Positions 25,455 through 31,351 of a DNA stretch of 31,351 bases are shown here, one piece after another; positions within the stretch are counted from its first letter, which is position 1, and the number at the start of each line of letters is the position of its first letter. Below the pieces are notes generated by a model. It was not told where the DNA came from. It ran no database searches and worked only from the letters and a program-made list of their open reading frames with translations. Origin of the DNA: a virus (taxonomy: Duplodnaviria; Caudoviricetes); the IMG/VR virus record IMGVR_UViG_3300025296_000078, positions 1-31,351 of that record; one strand, 5' to 3'. The position numbers and the translations under genes are program-made.

Positions 25455-28128
25455 GACCTGGGTCACTAACGAGATCCTTACATCTTCAGATCAGAATGCT
25501 GAGTTCGATAATATCTATTCAGGCAGTGTTGATCGATCAGGTGGACGCTGGGGATCACTTGATGATGTTCCCTTAACATTTGGCTCTAGTCAAGATGTTC
25601 AAATGGAGTGGGAAACTACTCAAGGTGTTGATTCCTTCGTTATAGGACTAGGAACTGGAAACGTCTTTTCCGTTATGGAGAAGGCAGATATGACTACCAA
25701 TTGGGCTATCGGTAGTCAAACGAACCCCACACTTTATATCCATAGTGCTGATTCTGGGACTACCTCAGATTATCTAAGGCTCACTCATGATCAGACTAAC
25801 GCAGTTATAGCAGCCGGTTCTGGAGTTCTTAATATTCAATCTGATGTATTGATATCAGGAACAACACCCTTGCTTACTGTTGGGGATGCAGGTGCTGAGG
25901 ATGCAGCTATCCTGTTTGATGGAAATGCCCAAGACTTCCACATCGGACTTGATGATTCTGCTGATGACCTTGTAATTGGATCAGGGTCATCATTAGGCAC
26001 AACACCTGCAATATCTATTAATTCAGATCAGGTTGTGACCTTCCATCAAGATCCAATTTTCGCAGGAACAACTCCAACCCTTACAATTGGTGACGCTGGA
26101 GCTGAAGACACAGCCATCGTTTTTGACGGCAATGCTCAAGACTTCTATATAGGACTAGACGATTCAGCTGATGATTTAGTAATTGGCTTAGGTTCAACAC
26201 TTGGAACCACTCCAGCAATTTCTGTCGATGAGAACCAAGTTGTCACATTCCACCAAGATCCCATCTTTGCTGGGACAACCCCAACTATAACCATTGGCGA
26301 TGCTGGTGCGGAAGACACCATGCTCGCCTTTGATGGAAATGCTTTAGATTTCCATGTTGCCCTTGATGACTCTGCTGACGATCTAGTTATAGGTACAGGC
26401 ACCACTGCAGGATCAAATACCCTTGTTTCAATAAATGGTGATGCTACTGGTATTGAATTGAAAGTACCCACAGTTACCGTGGGAGATGGTACTGCCGAAG
26501 ATACCCAAGTATTATTCGACGGCAATGCGCTCGATTTCCATGTAGGTTTAGATGATTCAGCAGACGATCTTGTAATTGGTACAGGTAGCACACTAGGAAG
26601 CAATACACTTATCTCGATCAATGGTGATGCTTCTGAGGTCCAGTTAAAGGTACCCACTGTGACTGTAGGTGATGGAACCGCTGAAGACACACAGGTACTG
26701 TTTGATGGAAATGCTCTCGACTTTCATGTAGGTCTTGACGACTCCGCCGATGATCTTGTAATCGGTACAGGAAGTACCCTTGGATCAAACACGATCATCT
26801 CTATAAATGGCGATGCTTCTGAAGTACAGCTTAAAGTCCCTACTGTTACAGTGGGGGATGCTACGGCAGAAGATACCGCTGTCATATTCGACGGGAATGC
26901 CAAAGACTTTTACCTTGGTTTAGACGATTCCGCAGATGACCTTATCATTGGTCTTGGATCAACTGTAGGCACTAACCCTGCAATTACTGTTACAGGTGAC
27001 GGTACAGAGGATGTAACCCTAGCGGGTGACCTTACAGTATCTGGAACTGGACCCCACGCTGTTGGTGGTGCAGGTCTCAATTATGCCCAGACAAGAACAA
27101 CTGGTACGTTCACATCTGGGGGTGCTGGTAGTCACACCGCAGGACTCTGGATAGATGGCACCATTGTTGGTGTATCCGGCGACACGACCTTCAATGTTGG
27201 AAGCTACTTTTCCAATTCAATAAACACTGTAGCAGCCTCTGAAACAATTACCGACGTTGTCCAAGTATTAGTCAATGAGCCTCAGATCACAAAAGGCGCT
27301 GGTAGCACTGTTACTAACGCTAGTTCTCTTAAGGTCATTGCTGCACCCACTGAGGGAACAAACAACTACGCCTTGTGGGTAGCTGCTGGAGCATCCCTAA
27401 TGGATGGTGCTTTAACTGTAGCTGGTGCCTTGAAGGTTACTGGAACGACTCCAGTATTAACCATTGGGGACGCTGGTGCAGAGGATACTACCCTACTATT
27501 TGACGGAAACGCCACCGACTTCTATATAGCATTAGATGATTCTGCTGATGACTTGCTGCTTGGTGTAGGAAGTACAGTAGGAACAACTCCATTTCTGTCT
27601 GCCACAACAGGTCCATCTGTAACAATCACCCATGAAAATGGTGGGTTCGTGGATATCGCAACCAGTGGAGCCTCTGGCTACCTACGGATGCGGGGAAGTA
27701 CAGCTATTGAATCCTCGGCTTCAGCACTAACTCTCAATGGTGGAGGTTTGGCTACCGTGTCCTTGCTGAGTGCGGTAACTGCAAATAGTACATTCACGCT
27801 AACCGATGGTGGAACTGTGACCCAAGCTACAAACCACGGCACTGGAGTAACCCTCAACACGAACAGTGGGCAAATCACCTTGGCATCTGTGGACCTTGCA
27901 GCCGGTGCAGAAGCTACATTCACCGTTACCAATTCAGTCGTAGCTGCCACTGATGTCGTCATTGTCAATGTCTCGGATGATCAGGATGCTGGAACATTGT
28001 TGGCATTTGTAGATGATGTGGGTGCAGGGACTTTTGACATTGTATTATCTAATGTCCACGCAAGTGCTGCATCTGGTAATGGTGGCACAGTGGTAAATTT
28101 TGCAGTTATAGGAGGAGCTTCGAGCTAA
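25438..28128 (+). CDS. tail fibre protein with 7 internal repeats
   Basis: N-terminal anchor WVTNEILTSSDQNAEFDNI; seven GD.xAED...FDGNA.DF...LDDSADDL repeats; G/T/A-rich. Confidence 0.85.
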   Translation: MANRVKTWVTNEILTSSDQNAEFDNIYSGSVDRSGGRWGSLDDVPLTFGSSQDVQMEWETTQGVDSFVIGLGTGNVFSVMEKADMTTNWAIGSQTNPTLYIHSADSGTTSDYLRLTHDQTNAVIAAGSGVLNIQSDVLISGTTPLLTVGDAGAEDAAILFDGNAQDFHIGLDDSADDLVIGSGSSLGTTPAISINSDQVVTFHQDPIFAGTTPTLTIGDAGAEDTAIVFDGNAQDFYIGLDDSADDLVIGLGSTLGTTPAISVDENQVVTFHQDPIFAGTTPTITIGDAGAEDTMLAFDGNALDFHVALDDSADDLVIGTGTTAGSNTLVSINGDATGIELKVPTVTVGDGTAEDTQVLFDGNALDFHVGLDDSADDLVIGTGSTLGSNTLISINGDASEVQLKVPTVTVGDGTAEDTQVLFDGNALDFHVGLDDSADDLVIGTGSTLGSNTIISINGDASEVQLKVPTVTVGDATAEDTAVIFDGNAKDFYLGLDDSADDLIIGLGSTVGTNPAITVTGDGTEDVTLAGDLTVSGTGPHAVGGAGLNYAQTRTTGTFTSGGAGSHTAGLWIDGTIVGVSGDTTFNVGSYFSNSINTVAASETITDVVQVLVNEPQITKGAGSTVTNASSLKVIAAPTEGTNNYALWVAAGASLMDGALTVAGALKVTGTTPVLTIGDAGAEDTTLLFDGNATDFYIALDDSADDLLLGVGSTVGTTPFLSATTGPSVTITHENGGFVDIATSGASGYLRMRGSTAIESSASALTLNGGGLATVSLLSAVTANSTFTLTDGGTVTQATNHGTGVTLNTNSGQITLASVDLAAGAEATFTVTNSVVAATDVVIVNVSDDQDAGTLLAFVDDVGAGTFDIVLSNVHASAASGNGGTVVNFAVIGGASS
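25861..27600 (+). repeat. tail fibre tandem protein repeats
   Basis: GDxxAED starts at about 25882, 26089, 26296, 26482, 26668, 26854 (periods 207, 207, 186, 186, 186 nt) and an isolated copy at 27466. Confidence 0.9.
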
Positions 28129-28403
28129 TGACAATTAATATTCCAACAGGTTCTCAAAAAAGAGTAGAGGATGCGTTTGCGTCAGTTTATGGTTATAAAG
28201 TAGAGATAGCTAATCCAGACCATGATCCTGATGATTCAAATAGTTCAGCAATGATTGATAATCCTCAATCCATAAGCGACTTTTTTAAGGATCAAGTAGT
28301 CCACTTTATAACATCCACGGTACTTCGTGAAGAAGCAGAAAACGCGAGGAAAGCTGCAATTGAGGCACACAACACCTCTGTAGCACAACTAAATGTGACA
28401 TGA
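28128..28403 (+). CDS. tail fibre-associated protein
   Basis: 91 aa coupled to the fibre gene; IANPDHDP...IDNPQS pattern. Confidence 0.6.
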   Translation: MTINIPTGSQKRVEDAFASVYGYKVEIANPDHDPDDSNSSAMIDNPQSISDFFKDQVVHFITSTVLREEAENARKAAIEAHNTSVAQLNVT

Positions 28404-28639
28404 TGCCTCACACCTTAATTGATCTCGGAGCAGGGGGAGCACTTTCGCTAATGATCTTATCAACGGTCTTTCGGTATATGAAATCTCGTAACGGCGGTAA
28501 CCCCATTGAGAAACTCAGAGATCGGGTGATTGGACAAGGAGAACGATTGGCCCACGTAGAGACCGCTTTAGAGGGTGTTCACCATCAATTAAATAGACAG
28601 GATACTAAGTTGGATAAAATTATTGAGAGGGTAAGTTAA
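28400..28639 (+). CDS. small membrane protein, holin-like
   Basis: One N-terminal TM segment plus coiled coil ending KLDKIIER. Confidence 0.5.
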   Translation: MMPHTLIDLGAGGALSLMILSTVFRYMKSRNGGNPIEKLRDRVIGQGERLAHVETALEGVHHQLNRQDTKLDKIIERVS

Positions 28640-30951
28640 TGCCACCAACTAGACTTGCTCAAGACATCGTACAATTTGCTAGAGGTTTTCCACCAGGAAC
28701 ACCTACTTCCATAATTCAACAGGCAACTTGGAATGCATATGGGAAAAGAGCCTCTGATATTGTTTCAAAAGATGATGATATAGACGTTGGACCCCAGGCT
28801 GGATTCTTCACTGATATGACCAATTACGCTAAACAAAATGTCCAAGGATTTCCACAAGATTTTGGACCTGGGTCATCAGAAGTTGATGTTGATAGATTAA
28901 ACGCACAAGCTCCTAATATGTTTGGTGGATTAACACAGCCACCAGATTTTGGGCGTCAAGACATGGGTGGTGCCTTTGATGTTTTTGGTAATCTAGGTCA
29001 ACCTTTTCTACGGGGGATAGTTCCACAATTACCTGGGTATTTTAACCCTGATCAAGCTGCCCAAAATCGGTTAGCTGGTTTCTTTGGTAGACCTTCAGCT
29101 ATTGCTCCTGGAGCTGAACAATTTGCCAGAGGAATCCAGGGATTTGGAGGAGCAACTCCTACCCAAAATTTACTAACGCAAGGATTACAACAAGCTCAAA
29201 CAGCTGGGACAGAGGATATGTTACAAAATATCCTTGGTGGCCCTGATCCACAACTACCAGAAGTTTTACCCTTTTTACAAAGACAGCTCCAACAAGTACA
29301 GCAAAATATACAACCAACACAAGAAGCTTTTGCACAGGCACCTGCTGGTATTCCCCAGTTCCTTGGTGGAAGTGGTCAGTTATTGAATCAACTTATTCAA
29401 CAGGTTCCTGGTACTACTGCTACAGGTCTTTCAGGGCAAGCAAGTATTGAGGATTTAGTTCGTTCTCAAGTTCCACTTGGGGAATCACAAATGAGAGCTG
29501 CTATAGGTACTCTCCAGGGATTAGGAGCGGAAGATCCAGCTCTTCAAGCAAGGCGTGAACAGCTTCTTACTGATCCACAACAAACCCAAGCACCTCTTGA
29601 TGCACAGGCTGCTAGATTTCAACCTCCAGCACCAATTGAAACACCAGAAATCCAAAATGTTGTCGATCAGCAGATTAGAGATTTAATTGCGGGTGGTGGA
29701 TTATCACCTGAATTTATTGGTGCTCAAACTAGACAAGTTCTTGATCCCGCTAGGGAACGTCTTATGGGTGAACTCAATCAGCAATTTGGAGGTCAAGGAG
29801 TACTTACCGCTGGACTTCCTATGGAGATGAAAAGACGACTAGAACGGGATTTCATGGATTCACTAATTAGATCGGGTCATAGTAATCTTCAAGCAATCCT
29901 TGGTCAAGGTGCAGCACTTGGTGGTCAACAGTTTGGACAGGGAGTATCTACTGAACAAATGGCACAACAGGCTGCCCAGCAACAAGCTGCGTTTGAACAA
30001 CAAGTTAATATGGCAAACCAAGCAGCTGCACAACGAGCCGGTGAGTTTGATATTAATGCACTGATCCAGCAAGCTCGTGTTGGATCAGAATTAGGCCGTG
30101 AGGAACTTAGTCGAGGTCTAGGAGTTGCTGGACAGCAAGCTGAATTAGGACGAGCTGGAATAGCTGCAGGTCTAGAGGGTTTTGGTGCAGTTCCTCAAGC
30201 TGTCCTACCTGCTCTACAGCAGCAAATGCAGTTACAGCAAGCTCTAGAGGATCAAGCCTTAAATAGATACACCACAATGGGCACTCAAGGGCTTAATATG
30301 CTTAATCAAATTGCCCAACTTGGTCAACAACCCTTTAATCTTGCACAGGCAGCACGAACCGGCAACCTAGCAGCTCTAGACCCACTTCAACAACGTGAAC
30401 AATACCTTGGAAATCTTTATAACCAAGATATTCAAAATGCCATGAACTTCTTACAGGGTCAACAGGCATTCGGCACCCGTCAATCCGAAGTTGCTGGCGA
30501 TATACTAAGGTCTGCACTTAGTGGAGAGTATGAAAAAGAAAGAGCAGGCCAGGAAGCTAGAGGCGGTCTCATTGGTAGTCTTATCGGAGCTACTCCAGAC
30601 ATTTACAAGATTATAAAGCCTCCAAAGACTGGTTTGCTCAGTGGTTTAGGACAAGTCGCTGGGGGTGTCCTTGGAGGTTATCTTGGAGGCCGTAATGCAG
30701 AACCATCCTGGCAGCAACTTGGTAACCAACCGCAAATGAGTACCCTTGGAACAGCCTATGATCGTACTTTTGCTGGTGTTCCCAACATAGAAAATTTAGG
30801 TATGATGGGCTTAGGTCCATTAGCTGGTCAACAGGCTAGAACTCCACTTGGTGGTAACCCCATAGCTGGGGGAGCTTCAAATCTATATGGAGCAGGTCTA
30901 AATGTACCGCGTCTAGGCGGGCAAGATTATATGGGCAACTGGCAATCGTAA
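28639..30951 (+). CDS. internal virion/DNA ejection protein (putative)
   Basis: 770 aa Q/G/A-rich helical protein with glycine-zipper C-terminus, after the tail genes. Confidence 0.65.
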   Translation: MPPTRLAQDIVQFARGFPPGTPTSIIQQATWNAYGKRASDIVSKDDDIDVGPQAGFFTDMTNYAKQNVQGFPQDFGPGSSEVDVDRLNAQAPNMFGGLTQPPDFGRQDMGGAFDVFGNLGQPFLRGIVPQLPGYFNPDQAAQNRLAGFFGRPSAIAPGAEQFARGIQGFGGATPTQNLLTQGLQQAQTAGTEDMLQNILGGPDPQLPEVLPFLQRQLQQVQQNIQPTQEAFAQAPAGIPQFLGGSGQLLNQLIQQVPGTTATGLSGQASIEDLVRSQVPLGESQMRAAIGTLQGLGAEDPALQARREQLLTDPQQTQAPLDAQAARFQPPAPIETPEIQNVVDQQIRDLIAGGGLSPEFIGAQTRQVLDPARERLMGELNQQFGGQGVLTAGLPMEMKRRLERDFMDSLIRSGHSNLQAILGQGAALGGQQFGQGVSTEQMAQQAAQQQAAFEQQVNMANQAAAQRAGEFDINALIQQARVGSELGREELSRGLGVAGQQAELGRAGIAAGLEGFGAVPQAVLPALQQQMQLQQALEDQALNRYTTMGTQGLNMLNQIAQLGQQPFNLAQAARTGNLAALDPLQQREQYLGNLYNQDIQNAMNFLQGQQAFGTRQSEVAGDILRSALSGEYEKERAGQEARGGLIGSLIGATPDIYKIIKPPKTGLLSGLGQVAGGVLGGYLGGRNAEPSWQQLGNQPQMSTLGTAYDRTFAGVPNIENLGMMGLGPLAGQQARTPLGGNPIAGGASNLYGAGLNVPRLGGQDYMGNWQS

Positions 30952-30966
30952 AGGATAAAGAATAAT

Positions 30967-31351
30967 ATGGCAGAACGAGAACGACTAACAGGGATATTTA
31001 GACCTGACGATTTGGGGTTAAACCCTATTCGACAAGTTGGATCTTCTGACGAATTCACGCTTAACCGTGATCCAAGGCTTCAGTATGATCCCAAACAAGA
31101 TCCTTCTGATTATCCAGGGACACCTAGTGAATTTTTTGGTGGCTCTGACGATTCACTTCCAGATATATTTTCATCTGAACAACGTCTAGGAGTTGCTGAA
31201 AAATCTGAACAACCTGTGGCTCCTGAAGGTATTCTGCAACAAATCCTACAGAATCCAAACATCCAGAGAGCACTTGCTATAGGTGGTGCGGGTCTTGCTG
31301 GACCTTTTGCAGCACAAGCTGCTGGAAAACAGTTTGATGCAAGTGAAGCAC
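30967..31351 (+). CDS. partial ORF, probable second ejection protein
   Basis: ATG 30967, MAERERLTGIFRPDD...RALAIGGAGLAGPFAAQ, open to the window end. Confidence 0.6.
   Translation, partial: MAERERLTGIFRPDDLGLNPIRQVGSSDEFTLNRDPRLQYDPKQDPSDYPGTPSEFFGGSDDSLPDIFSSEQRLGVAEKSEQPVAPEGILQQILQNPNIQRALAIGGAGLAGPFAAQAAGKQFDASEA

Noticed and set aside
25438-28128. Diversity-generating retroelement target in the tail fibre
   Set aside because: Repeat differences are synonymous rather than adenine-specific; no reverse transcriptase in the window
1-31351. Alternative genetic code
   Set aside because: Standard code gives dense, intact ORFs ending in TAA, TAG and TGA

Overview
The window is a 31 kb piece of a tailed dsDNA phage genome with podovirus-like late gene order. 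From 9531 leftwards all genes are on the - strand: a trypsin-like serine protease, a metallophosphoesterase and Zn-ribbon proteins, a ~660 bp control region (IHF-type sites, inverted repeats, sigma70 promoter), then small early genes including GP88-like and DUF932 proteins. At the left end is an IS110/Nop-domain protein with no nuclease domain, flanked by two stem-loop units with tandem 9-nt-spacer geometry, i.e. a candidate TIGR-TasA RNA-guided system. The + strand carries terS, terL, portal, scaffold, decoration protein, Mu gpT-like major capsid, adaptor and nozzle proteins, a repeat-rich tail fibre and ejection-like proteins. The strongest unannotated feature is a 24-aa PqqA (PQQ cofactor precursor) ORF at 9691-9765, missed by the ORF track, placed as the first gene of the packaging operon 3 nt before terS. 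All family calls are from motif recognition by eye; no searches were run.
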